Assembly (NCBI GenBank): GCA_036404915.1
Contig: DASWYO010000014.1
Coordinates: 7,155 to 71,154 of the forward strand
Length of the DNA stretch: 64,000 bases
Direction: 5' to 3'
Source: Lysobacteraceae bacterium
GTDB taxonomy: Bacteria > Pseudomonadota > Gammaproteobacteria > Xanthomonadales > Xanthomonadaceae
The position numbers and the translations under genes were made by a program. Positions 48,880-57,217 of this stretch are shown here, piece by piece. How positions within the stretch are numbered: position 1 is the first letter of the stretch; the number at the start of each line of letters is the position of its first letter. Under the pieces are notes generated by a model. It had not been told where the DNA came from, did not search any database, and saw only the letters and a program-made list of their open reading frames with translations.

Positions 48880-49055
48880 GCCTGTGCTCCGGCGCGTGCC
48901 TTTTCTTTCTGCCAGCCAGACGAAGCATGCGGGTCGATCGATGTCCCGCGACATCGCGTGCAGATGCCTCGATTCGCCGCCGACATGACCGATCGCTTTT
49001 GGAATCGATGTCGCGGATGTCGCACAATGCGCGTCCTCTTTCCCGCTGCGGCGCC

Positions 49056-49655
49056 ATGACCTCAAGCCTCGCCACCGACCAGCGCCGGACCCTGCGCCCG
49101 ATGCTCCGCGAACGCCGCCGGCAACTGCCCGCAGCCGCGCGCATCGCCGGTGCCGAAGCGCTGTCCGCACGCCTGCTGGCACTGCCGTTCGCGCCGCAGA
49201 CCGGACACGTCGCCGGCTACTGGGCCAGCGACGGCGAGATCGCCCTGCACGTCTGGCAACTGCGCCTGCCGTCCGCCGTGACCTACTGCCTGCCGGTGCT
49301 GCACGAGGACGGCCAACTGCGTTTCGCGCCCTGGCGCGCGGGCGAGCCGCTCGTGACCAACCGCTACGGCATCCCCGAGCCCGACACCAGCGAGTTGCTG
49401 CCCGCCGAGGCCATGGCCCTGATCGTGGCCCCGCTGGTGGGATTCGACGACCACGGGCAACGACTGGGCATGGGCGGCGGCTGGTACGATCGCACCCTCG
49501 CCTTCCGCCGCGACACCGCCGCACCGCCATGGCTGGTCGGCGCCGGTTTCGCCCTCCAGCACACCGAGCCCCTCATCGTCGAGCCGTGGGACGTGGCCCT
49601 CGACGCCGTCTGCACCGAAGCGGACACCCGGCTCTTCGCACCGAACGCCGCATGA
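49056..49655 (+). CDS. ygfA: 5-formyltetrahydrofolate cyclo-ligase
   Basis: NRYGIPEP, PLVGFD..G.RLGMGGGWYDR, WDVALD. Confidence 0.93.
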   Translation: MTSSLATDQRRTLRPMLRERRRQLPAAARIAGAEALSARLLALPFAPQTGHVAGYWASDGEIALHVWQLRLPSAVTYCLPVLHEDGQLRFAPWRAGEPLVTNRYGIPEPDTSELLPAEAMALIVAPLVGFDDHGQRLGMGGGWYDRTLAFRRDTAAPPWLVGAGFALQHTEPLIVEPWDVALDAVCTEADTRLFAPNAA

Positions 49656-50119
49656 GCACCCGCAAACGCTATTGGCTGATGAAGTCGGAACCCGACGACT
49701 TCTCGATCGACGATCTCGCCCGCGTCCAGGTCGAACCCTGGACCGGCGTGCGCAACTACCAGGCGCGCAATTTCATGCGCGACATGCAGGTCGGCGACGG
49801 CGTGCTGTTCTACCACTCCAACGCGGAGGTGCCGGGCGTCTACGGCATCGCCGAAGTCGCCTGCACTGCCTACCCGGACCCGAGCCAGTTCGACCGCAAG
49901 TCCAAGTACTTCGACGAAAAGGCGACGCGCGAACAGCCGCGCTGGGAACTGGTCGACGTGCGCTACGTGCGCACGCTCAAACGCCCGATCGCGCTGGACG
50001 ACATCCGCGCCCATGCCGACGCGCTGGGCGAGGATTTCGCGCTGATCCGCAAGGGCAACCGCCTGTCCGTGCTGCCGGTCACCGCCGCGCAGTGGAAGAC
50101 CCTTCTTTCCCTCGAATGA
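49652..50119 (+). CDS. EVE domain protein
   Basis: [31 protein letters not shown]. Confidence 0.93.
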   Translation: MSTRKRYWLMKSEPDDFSIDDLARVQVEPWTGVRNYQARNFMRDMQVGDGVLFYHSNAEVPGVYGIAEVACTAYPDPSQFDRKSKYFDEKATREQPRWELVDVRYVRTLKRPIALDDIRAHADALGEDFALIRKGNRLSVLPVTAAQWKTLLSLE

Positions 50120-50126
50120 TCCTCCC

Positions 50127-50774
50127 ATGTCCGAAATGAAACGCCTGGCCGCGGAAAAGGCCCTCGAATACGTCGAAGACGGCATGATCGTCGGTGTCGG
50201 CACCGGTTCCACCGTGGCCTACTTCATCGACGGCCTCGCCCGCATCAAGGACCGCATCAAGGCCACCGTGTCCAGCTCCGAGCAGAGCACCGAACGCCTG
50301 CGCGCGCACGGCATCGAAGTGCAGGACCTCAACGCCACCGGCCCGCTGTCGCTGTACGTGGACGGCGCCGACGAGTGCGACGGCCACCGGCGGCTGATCA
50401 AGGGCGGCGGCGCTGCGCTGACCCGCGAGAAGATCATCGCCGAGGCCAGCAAGACCTTCGTCTGCATCATCGACCCGAGCAAGCAGGTCGGCATCCTCGG
50501 CCGCTTCCCGCTGCCGGTGGAAGTCATCCCGATGGCGCGCAGTCTCGTCGCCCGCGAGATCGTCCGCATCACCGGCGGCCAGCCGGTCTGGCGCGACGGC
50601 GTGGTCACCGACAACGGCAACTGGATCCTCGACGTGCACGGCCTGGCGATCACCGACCCGGTCGGCATGGAGCGCGACCTGAACCAGATCCCCGGCGTGG
50701 TCAGCGTGGGCCTGTTCGCGCGCCGCCCGGCCGACGTGGTGATCGTCGGCGGCGAGCCGCCCATCGTCCTGTAA
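50127..50774 (+). CDS. rpiA: Ribose-5-phosphate isomerase A
   Basis: [29 protein letters not shown]. Confidence 0.97.
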   Translation: MSEMKRLAAEKALEYVEDGMIVGVGTGSTVAYFIDGLARIKDRIKATVSSSEQSTERLRAHGIEVQDLNATGPLSLYVDGADECDGHRRLIKGGGAALTREKIIAEASKTFVCIIDPSKQVGILGRFPLPVEVIPMARSLVAREIVRITGGQPVWRDGVVTDNGNWILDVHGLAITDPVGMERDLNQIPGVVSVGLFARRPADVVIVGGEPPIVL

Positions 50775-50788
50775 CCCGTTGATTGACT

Positions 50789-50851
50789 GTAGAGCGGAGC
50801 TTGCTCCGCTCGAATCTTCGGACGAATGGAGCGGAGCAAGCTCCGCTCTAC
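50789..50851. repeat. GTAG-type REP doublet (family A, perfect)
   Basis: GTAGAGCGGAGCTTGCTCCGCTC and its exact reverse complement at 50829-50851. Confidence 0.93.
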
Positions 50852-50959
50852 GAAAACCGGGGTGCCATAATCCCCGTCAGACCCGTTCCGGCGAGCGGGC
50901 CCGCAACACCCCGCTCCAAACAAGCACGTCCGAACATCCGCATGCCCGTTGGGGCGGAC

Positions 50960-52366
50960 ATGCCGCAGACCTGCCGTATTCCTGCGAGCCGCCCCGTGAC
51001 CCTGCGCTGCCTCTTCGTCGACTTCAATTCGTATTTCGCCTCGGTCGAGCAGGAAGACGACCCGCGCCTGCGGGGCCGCCCAGTCGGCGTGGTGCCGGTG
51101 ATGGCGGAAACCACCTGCTGCATCGCCGCCAGCATCGAGGCCAAGGCCTTCGGCGTCTCGACCGGCACGCCGGTCTGGGAGGCGCGCGAGAAATGCCCGG
51201 ACATCGTGCTGATCCAGGCACGTCCGGCGCGCTATGTCGAAGTGCATCACCTGTTGATGGACGCGATCGGCGACTGCATCCCGCACGACACACCGGGCTC
51301 GATCGACGAGGTACCGTGCTGGCTGATCGGTCGCGAGCGCAAGCGCGAGAACGCGGAAGCGATCGCGCGCAACATCAAGCGCACCTTCATTGATCGCGGC
51401 TTCGAGGCGATCAAGTGCTCGATCGGCATCGCGCCGAACCAGTTCCTCGCCAAGACCGCGTCCGACATGCAGAAGCCGGACGGGCTGACGGTGCTGGAGC
51501 TGTCCGACCTGCCGCACAAGCTGCACGACCTGAAACTGCGCGACTTCTGCGGCATCGGTCCATCGATGGAAAAGCGCCTGTGGCGCGCCGGCATCTACAC
51601 GGTCGAGCAGCTGTGCAGCGCCACGCGCGACCACCTGCGCGCCGCCTGGGGCAGCGTCGAAGGCGATCGCTACTGGCTGCAACTGCGCGGCCATCACCTG
51701 CCCCGCCGCGAAAGCCCGCGCGCCTCGGTCGGGCATTCGCATGTGCTCGGCCCGGAGTTGCGCAATTACGCGGGCGCGCGCTCCGTGCTGTTCAAGCTGC
51801 TGGCGAAGGCGGCGATGCGCCTGCGCCACGAGAAGTTCTTCGCCGGCGGGCTGTCGATCCGCATGCGCTTCGTGAACCTCGACAAGCGCTTCGAACGCGA
51901 CCTCAGCTTCGCGCCGCTCGACGACACGCCCACCTTCCTGAAGCTGCTCGGCCACGAACTCGAATCGCTGGAACGTGCCCTCGCCTCCGGTCGCTGGAAC
52001 CCGAAGCGCCACCCACCGCTTTCGGTGTCGGTCACGCTGGTGAACCTGGAACCGCGCGGCAGCGTCACCGCCGACCTCATCCCCGAACGCCGACGCAGCC
52101 AGGAGATGAGCACCGTGCTCGATCAGGTCAACAAGCGCTACGGCAACAACGCCCTGTACTTCGGCGCGATGCAGAACGCAGTCTCGCAGCACGCCGCACC
52201 GATGCGCATCGCCTTCGGCCAGATCCCGCAGACCGCGCTGGAAGAAGAAACCACGGAAGGCGCCACGCACGAACTGTGGCTCAAGCGCGAACGCCAGTTC
52301 AAGGTCATGGCCGAAACCGCGCACCGCGAATCGCGGGACAAGCGCAAGCCACAACAGCACAAGTAG
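50960..52366 (+). CDS. Y-family DNA polymerase (DinB/UmuC-like)
   Basis: FVDFNSYFASVE, IAASIEAKAFGV, GSIDE, SIGIAPN.FLAK.ASD..KPDG, GIG; start may be GTG at 50996. Confidence 0.92.
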   Translation: MPQTCRIPASRPVTLRCLFVDFNSYFASVEQEDDPRLRGRPVGVVPVMAETTCCIAASIEAKAFGVSTGTPVWEAREKCPDIVLIQARPARYVEVHHLLMDAIGDCIPHDTPGSIDEVPCWLIGRERKRENAEAIARNIKRTFIDRGFEAIKCSIGIAPNQFLAKTASDMQKPDGLTVLELSDLPHKLHDLKLRDFCGIGPSMEKRLWRAGIYTVEQLCSATRDHLRAAWGSVEGDRYWLQLRGHHLPRRESPRASVGHSHVLGPELRNYAGARSVLFKLLAKAAMRLRHEKFFAGGLSIRMRFVNLDKRFERDLSFAPLDDTPTFLKLLGHELESLERALASGRWNPKRHPPLSVSVTLVNLEPRGSVTADLIPERRRSQEMSTVLDQVNKRYGNNALYFGAMQNAVSQHAAPMRIAFGQIPQTALEEETTEGATHELWLKRERQFKVMAETAHRESRDKRKPQQHK

Positions 52367-52394
52367 GGTGGCGCTGAGCACAGCGAAGCCCACC
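52363..52394 (+). repeat. GTAG-type REP (family B), overlapping the polymerase stop codon
   Basis: GTAGGGTGGCGCTGAGCACAGCGAAGCCCACC. Confidence 0.8.
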
Positions 52395-52402
52395 GCTCGT
52401 CA

Positions 52403-52531
52403 TCAAGGTGCAGCGCAGGCTTCGCGCATGCGCGCCTCGATGATGACCACCGCGCGAAATGGCGCCAGGTGGGCGATGTCGGGCAGCGAGCGGCCGGGCG
52501 GGAGGTGGAGGTAGTGGGGTGTTTCGGTCAT
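52403..52531 (-). pseudogene. Probable truncated gene remnant (42 codons)
   Basis: MTETPHYLHLPPGRSLPDIAHLAPFRAVVIIEA reads like a globular N-terminus and stops abruptly beside the REP. Confidence 0.45.
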
Positions 52532-52565
52532 GGGATGCGATGCCCGGCCGATGAGTCCGCCGGAA

Positions 52566-52781
52566 TCAGCGACCGGCGAAATAGTTGTAGCAACCGATGG
52601 CGACGATGACGACGACCAATGCGATGAGGCCGACACCCTCAATGTCCACGCCCGACCGCAGAATCCTGCGGCGCCATGACGGAACCAGCAGGCACGGCGC
52701 CACGACAATCAGACCCGCGCCGAGGCTGGCCAGGCCGAGCCAGACATTGAATTGCCACGAATTCCACAGCTGATCGATCAT
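52566..52781 (-). CDS. Small two-TM membrane protein
   Basis: Two hydrophobic segments separated by WRRR. Confidence 0.6.
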   Translation of the reverse strand: MIDQLWNSWQFNVWLGLASLGAGLIVVAPCLLVPSWRRRILRSGVDIEGVGLIALVVVIVAIGCYNYFAGR

Positions 52782-52866
52782 TCGATATGACGTGTCGTCT
52801 GATACAAGCCGGTCGTGAAGCGAAGGTCCGTGGACAGCGAAAAGGGAAGGCGCGTCGAACGAAGGA

Positions 52867-53241
52867 TCAGGGCTCGACCAGCGATTGCGAAGCGCCGTTG
52901 CTGGCGCCGATCGGGCCGATGGTCGCCAGGTCGATGCCTTCGATGCAGGCGAGATTGTAGCCGTACTCGGTCGGGACGCTGCGACGCTGATGATGCGTGT
53001 AGATGCCGCAGATACTGCAGAAGTAATGCTTGGCGATCCCGGTGTTCCATTGGTACAGGCTCAGCTTGTCCGCGCCCCGGGTGACGCGAAGACGGTCCAG
53101 GGTCACTCCCGCCATGATCGCGCCCTTGCGGCTGCAGATGGAGCAGTTGCACCGCCTGATGTTCTCGTGCCCGTCGATCAGATCGACTTCGAATTCGACC
53201 GCACCGCAATGGCAGGACCCTTTGACCGTCTGCATGGACAT
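52867..53241 (-). CDS. GFA / CENP-V family zinc-binding protein
   Basis: GSCHCGAV, CNCSICSRKG, HYFCSICGI. Confidence 0.92.
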   Translation of the reverse strand: MSMQTVKGSCHCGAVEFEVDLIDGHENIRRCNCSICSRKGAIMAGVTLDRLRVTRGADKLSLYQWNTGIAKHYFCSICGIYTHHQRRSVPTEYGYNLACIEGIDLATIGPIGASNGASQSLVEP

Positions 53242-53352
53242 TCTCTCGCCCCGATACGCGAACCGGCTTCACCGGGAATGGCGATGCCCTCGTGCGAGCT
53301 TAGCGTAGCCACATGAGCGTCGCCATCGCTCGCACGCGTGAAGATTCGTCAG

Positions 53353-53670
53353 TCAGGGATCGAAACGCGCCATCTGCTCAAGTCGAGCACGGATGCTGTC
53401 ACGATCGACATGCGGGCGAAGGACCGACCACTGCTTGGCAGAAGCTCTGCTGATCGCAAGCACACCTGCGACGACACCTGCGGACGAGAAGATCAGCGCC
53501 AGCAACAGAGGATGGACCCGATCCCAGAACCGGAATGCCACGAAATACAGCACAGCGAAAGCCAGCCAACCGGCATAAGGCAGCCATCTCGATTGGATCG
53601 CTGACGACGGGTGGTGATCGATGTGCTTCAAGATGCTTTCCAGCAGCCTTCGCTCTTCGATGGGGGCCAT
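53353..53670 (-). CDS. Hypothetical two-TM membrane protein
   Basis: Two TM segments; C-terminal QW..LRPHVDRDSIRARL. Confidence 0.65.
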   Translation of the reverse strand: MAPIEERRLLESILKHIDHHPSSAIQSRWLPYAGWLAFAVLYFVAFRFWDRVHPLLLALIFSSAGVVAGVLAISRASAKQWSVLRPHVDRDSIRARLEQMARFDP

Positions 53671-53715
53671 CTTTGTGAACCCTGATAATTGAGGAGGAGT
53701 GATGGCCAGACTGTG

Positions 53716-54027
53716 TCAGTCGTCGAGATCCGCGAGGTCGTCCCACCTGCTGCTCGAAGTGCGATTGCCCGACTTCGCCAGATGGGTGCCTTCATCCGCT
53801 GCATCGTCCCGGTCGGCACTGTTCAGCTGGAACGCGGCAATCATGGCCATGACACCCGAGCCGAGCGCAAGCCAATAGATCCACGACGGAACGGATCCGA
53901 ACGTGTATCCCGCGATGATCACGACCACGCAGCAGACGAGCACGGTGGCGCTGATGGCATAGAGGACCTTCCAGAACCTTCTCTGGCCGGGCGTCAGATC
54001 GTCATGATGTGATGAAAGGTCTGTCAT
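53716..54027 (-). CDS. Hypothetical two-TM membrane protein
   Basis: Two TM segments and an acidic tail. Confidence 0.6.
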   Translation of the reverse strand: MTDLSSHHDDLTPGQRRFWKVLYAISATVLVCCVVVIIAGYTFGSVPSWIYWLALGSGVMAMIAAFQLNSADRDDAADEGTHLAKSGNRTSSSRWDDLADLDD

Positions 54028-54164
54028 TCACGCGCCCCATGACCGATGCAGGAAAAAGACCATGGCAGCATGCCAGAGGGCTGGCAGCGCGTGCCACTGC
54101 GCGCTGCCGCGTCGATACCCGCAGGACCGTGCAGCCCGAAGAGGCCGCACCAGGGAGATCGTGA

Positions 54165-54551
54165 TCAATTGTCATGGCTCGTCACCTCCGCATGCACGAT
54201 GCACCCGTCGCGTTCGATGACGTAACCACCGAACCCCCAGAAGCTGCCATCCGGAAGTTGCGCACTCAGCTGGAACTGCCTGAACACATCGCCAGGCATC
54301 AATCCGCGCAACGGCGGCAAGGTCTCGTTGGTGGCTGCACTGTAAGCCTGAGGAGTGTCGAATGGCTCGGAGACCGTCATGTGCCGTCGAAGTCCTTCGA
54401 CGGTGCCACTTGGGCACTTGGCCGTGGCTTCGATATGGTCGGCAAAGTCGCCAGCCCATGTGGTAGGTGAGGACGGCACCTGCCTCGCCTCATCTGCAGT
54501 CAGCAGCAAGGGAGCACAGAAAACGATGAACGGAATGATCGTAGAGGACAT
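54165..54551 (-). CDS. Hypothetical, possibly exported protein
   Basis: Hydrophobic N-terminus; C-terminal FWGFGGYVIERDGCIVH. Confidence 0.55.
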   Translation of the reverse strand: MSSTIIPFIVFCAPLLLTADEARQVPSSPTTWAGDFADHIEATAKCPSGTVEGLRRHMTVSEPFDTPQAYSAATNETLPPLRGLMPGDVFRQFQLSAQLPDGSFWGFGGYVIERDGCIVHAEVTSHDN

Positions 54552-54598
54552 GCCGGAATGGGCTGACTGATGGTATGCGCAGGCTGAAGTCAGTTTTT

Positions 54599-54685
54599 GT
54601 AGGATGGGTTGAGCGCAGCGATACCCATCATCGGCATCACGGAGATCGATGGGTTTCGCTCGCGGAACCCATCTCACCGCGCTAC
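54599..54685. repeat. GTAG-type REP doublet (family B, right copy degenerate)
   Basis: GTAGGATGGGTTGAGCGCAGCGATACCCATC (54599-54629) with inverted GATGGGTTTCGCTCGCGGAACCCATC...CTAC. Confidence 0.8.
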
Positions 54686-54716
54686 GGAGACGAATACGCC
54701 TTACGGCCTTTACCGG

Positions 54717-55280
54717 TTATTCGCGCATCTTCATTTCCGGAAGTTCAAGCCCAAGCGGCGCATAAAGATGATTGTGAATCAGCACTGGAATGCCGCGGAG
54801 AGCGACATCAACATGATGATCCGTCCATTGCTTGGAAATCGCCCCATCCGTTACGTGAGCAAGCCAGCGATTAGATAGCTCAAATATTGCAACAAGAGAG
54901 TCTTCAGCCTCTTCTCTCGCCCCAGGATAAGCAGCAGCAACGGAATCCGGCGTTGCTCTCAGAAGCCTTACGTTAGATGTTGAGAAATTCTCTACCGCGA
55001 TATCGCCGACACGACGGTTTTTGACAACGGAAAGCTTTCCATCTTTTGTTGCCGCTAAGCCCAAGAATTCCAGCAGAGCCCGCGCATGAATAAAGCCAAC
55101 CTCAATCATCGGGTTGGCTATCGCAGCGACATTGCCTTTGAGGGCAGAACGACCAGCAACGACTATTTCAAGGTCAGCGCCTGCATTTTTTTCGGTCAAA
55201 GCCCAAGCCCAGCGCAAGGTCTCTACGGCCTCAAGCCTATACGGAATCCATTTTTTCAAGAGAACATCGAGAGTGAACAT
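54717..55280 (-). CDS. AT-richer hypothetical protein, HEPN-like
   Basis: Codon usage differs from neighbours; IEVGFIHARALLEFL and ELSNRWLAHVT helical motifs. Confidence 0.6.
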   Translation of the reverse strand: MFTLDVLLKKWIPYRLEAVETLRWAWALTEKNAGADLEIVVAGRSALKGNVAAIANPMIEVGFIHARALLEFLGLAATKDGKLSVVKNRRVGDIAVENFSTSNVRLLRATPDSVAAAYPGAREEAEDSLVAIFELSNRWLAHVTDGAISKQWTDHHVDVALRGIPVLIHNHLYAPLGLELPEMKMRE

Positions 55281-55417
55281 GGACACAAACTTACGACCAA
55301 CCCGTGCATTGAGGCGCGAAAAGGAGCATGTACTCGCCCTTCTCTCCCGTCAACATGGCCACAGGAAACTCAAGACATCCAACCCCGACGCAAAGTCCCT
55401 ATCCCCCTCAGATCACA

Positions 55418-55448
55418 GGTGGGGTTCGCTCCGCTCACCCCACCCTAC
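55418..55448 (-). repeat. GTAG-type REP (family B), reverse orientation
   Basis: Reverse complement is GTAGGGTGGGGTGAGCGGAGCGAACCCCACC, 4 nt from the pepQ stop. Confidence 0.85.
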
Positions 55449-55452
55449 AAAA

Positions 55453-56796
55453 TCACGCCTCCGCAAACCCATCCCGCGAAAGATTCTCCGGCGCACCCTC
55501 CGTGCACACCACATCATCCTCGATGCGAATCCCGCCATACGGCTTGAAGCGCGCGACGGCGTCCCAGTTCACGCTGCCGCCCTGCCCTTTCTGCTTCAGC
55601 TCGTCGAGCAGCATGTCGATGAAGTAGAGACCCGGCTCGATGGTGACGACCATGCCCGGTGCGAGGACGCGGGTGAGGCGGAGGTAGGGGTGGCCATCGG
55701 GCTTCGCGATGGTGCCGCCTGCGTCGGAGGCGGCGAAGCCGGCGACTTCGTGCACCTGCAGGCCGATGCCGTGACCGATGCCGTGCGGGAAGAAGGCGCT
55801 GCTGACGCCGGTGGCGACCGCGGCTTCGGGCGAGACGGTGATGACGCCGAAATCACGGAGGATGCCGGCGAGCGCGAGGTGCGCGTCGAGGTGGATCTGC
55901 TTGTAGTCGGTGCCGTTGCGGACCTGGTCGCACATGCGCAGCTGCGCGGCGTCGACGGCGTCGATCATGGCCTGAAATTCGTCGTGGCCGGCGGCGGCGT
56001 AGGTGCGGGTGATGTCGGCGGCGTAGCCGCGATGGCTGCCGCCAGCGTCGATGAGGAAGCTGCGCGACTGCGCGGGCGGGCGGCGGTCGCGGTCGGTGTA
56101 GTGCAGCACCGCGCCGTGTTCGTTGAGGCAGACGATGTTGTTGTACGGCAGGTCGTTGGCGTCCTGGCGCGCGGCCTGGCAGTAGGCCAAGTGGATGCCG
56201 AATTCGCTGGCGCCAGCACGGAAGGCACGCTCGGCGGCGCGATGGCCGCGCACGGCGACGCGCGTGGCTTCGCGCATCATCGCGATTTCATAGGGCGTCT
56301 TGAATGCACGGTGGTAATGCAGGTAATCGAGCACCGGCTGCGGGTTGTTCGGCGCGAACGCGGCGTACTGGCCGAGCGCGCTCTGCGCTTCGCCGAGGAT
56401 GGCGCAGCGCGCGGCGTTGCGCGGCAGGTGCTGCTTGGCGTCGTCGGCGTTGCGGATGATCTGGATGTCGAAGTGCTCGACCCAGTCGCCGCTCGGCGCG
56501 TCCGGCACCACGTGCCAGTAGTCGTGCGGCTGCAGGAAAATCAGCTTCGGCCGCTCGCCGGGCGTATGCACCAGCCAGCTGCCCGGCGTGTTGGTGAGCG
56601 GCAGCCAGGCCTTGAAGTGCGGGTTCACCGCATACGGGTAATCGCGGTCGTCGAAGACCTGGTAATGCAGGGTGCCGCTGGGCACGACGAGGTGGTCGAA
56701 ACCGCCGCGAGCGAGCGCGGCGTCGGCGCGCGCGCGCACGGTGTCGAGGTGGGCGGCGTAGAGGCCGGCGGGCGTGCTGGAAAGGTCTTTGGACAT
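55453..56796 (-). CDS. pepQ: Xaa-Pro dipeptidase (prolidase)
   Basis: VNPHFKAW.P, DYWH, LIDAG, ADITRT, PHGIGHGIGLQVH, IEPGLYF, GGIRIEDD. Confidence 0.95.
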   Translation of the reverse strand: MSKDLSSTPAGLYAAHLDTVRARADAALARGGFDHLVVPSGTLHYQVFDDRDYPYAVNPHFKAWLPLTNTPGSWLVHTPGERPKLIFLQPHDYWHVVPDAPSGDWVEHFDIQIIRNADDAKQHLPRNAARCAILGEAQSALGQYAAFAPNNPQPVLDYLHYHRAFKTPYEIAMMREATRVAVRGHRAAERAFRAGASEFGIHLAYCQAARQDANDLPYNNIVCLNEHGAVLHYTDRDRRPPAQSRSFLIDAGGSHRGYAADITRTYAAAGHDEFQAMIDAVDAAQLRMCDQVRNGTDYKQIHLDAHLALAGILRDFGVITVSPEAAVATGVSSAFFPHGIGHGIGLQVHEVAGFAASDAGGTIAKPDGHPYLRLTRVLAPGMVVTIEPGLYFIDMLLDELKQKGQGGSVNWDAVARFKPYGGIRIEDDVVCTEGAPENLSRDGFAEA

Positions 56797-56869
56797 GTCA
56801 GGGCCGTGCATGGGTCGTGGGCGCGTCCGCTTCGTGGCGGACGCAGGGAAGCGGAACGCGAGCGCGCGA

Positions 56870-57217
56870 TCAGTCGTAGGCGGCGCCGGGGGCGTCGACC
56901 CAGTCGCGCAGGCGGTCGCGGTGTTCGTCGGTCATCGAGATGAAGCGGAAGCCGGCCCAGAACTGGCCGGGCGTGCTGGCGCGGTCGCTCCACAGCAGGT
57001 GCGCGCCGACTTCCAGTTCGGCGCCTTCCATGCCCGGCAGGCGGAAGCGGAACTGGTACAGCGCGTCGTCGTTGAGCGACAGGTTCGCCATCAGCAGCAT
57101 GCCGCCGTCGGACAGGTTGCCGATGCGGCCGACCACTTCTTCGGTCATGGTATCGCTGACCGGGATGGTGTCGGTGACCTTGCGGCGGGGAGAGCGCCGG
57201 TGTTCGCGCGTGCTCAT
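56870..57217 (-). CDS. Single-domain PilZ protein
   Basis: EHRRSPRR (RxxxR) and GNLSDGG (D/NxSxxG) c-di-GMP motifs. Confidence 0.9.
   Translation of the reverse strand: MSTREHRRSPRRKVTDTIPVSDTMTEEVVGRIGNLSDGGMLLMANLSLNDDALYQFRFRLPGMEGAELEVGAHLLWSDRASTPGQFWAGFRFISMTDEHRDRLRDWVDAPGAAYD

Noticed and set aside
48498-49055. ORFs across the 6S RNA and terminator region, including an extended ygfA
   Set aside because: They overlap a structured ncRNA and duplicated terminators and lack coding character
50783-50959. N-terminal extension of the Y-family polymerase
   Set aside because: It translates the REP doublet and promoter region; polymerase motifs start later
54551-54677. Extension of ORF 54165-54677 (MRWVPRAK...)
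   Set aside because: It runs through the REP doublet; the start at 54551 is more plausible
52395-55417. Classical integron cassette array
   Set aside because: No RYYYAAC...GTTRRRY attC palindromes recur between the ORFs and no intI is nearby; intergenic sequences are unrelated apart from the REPs
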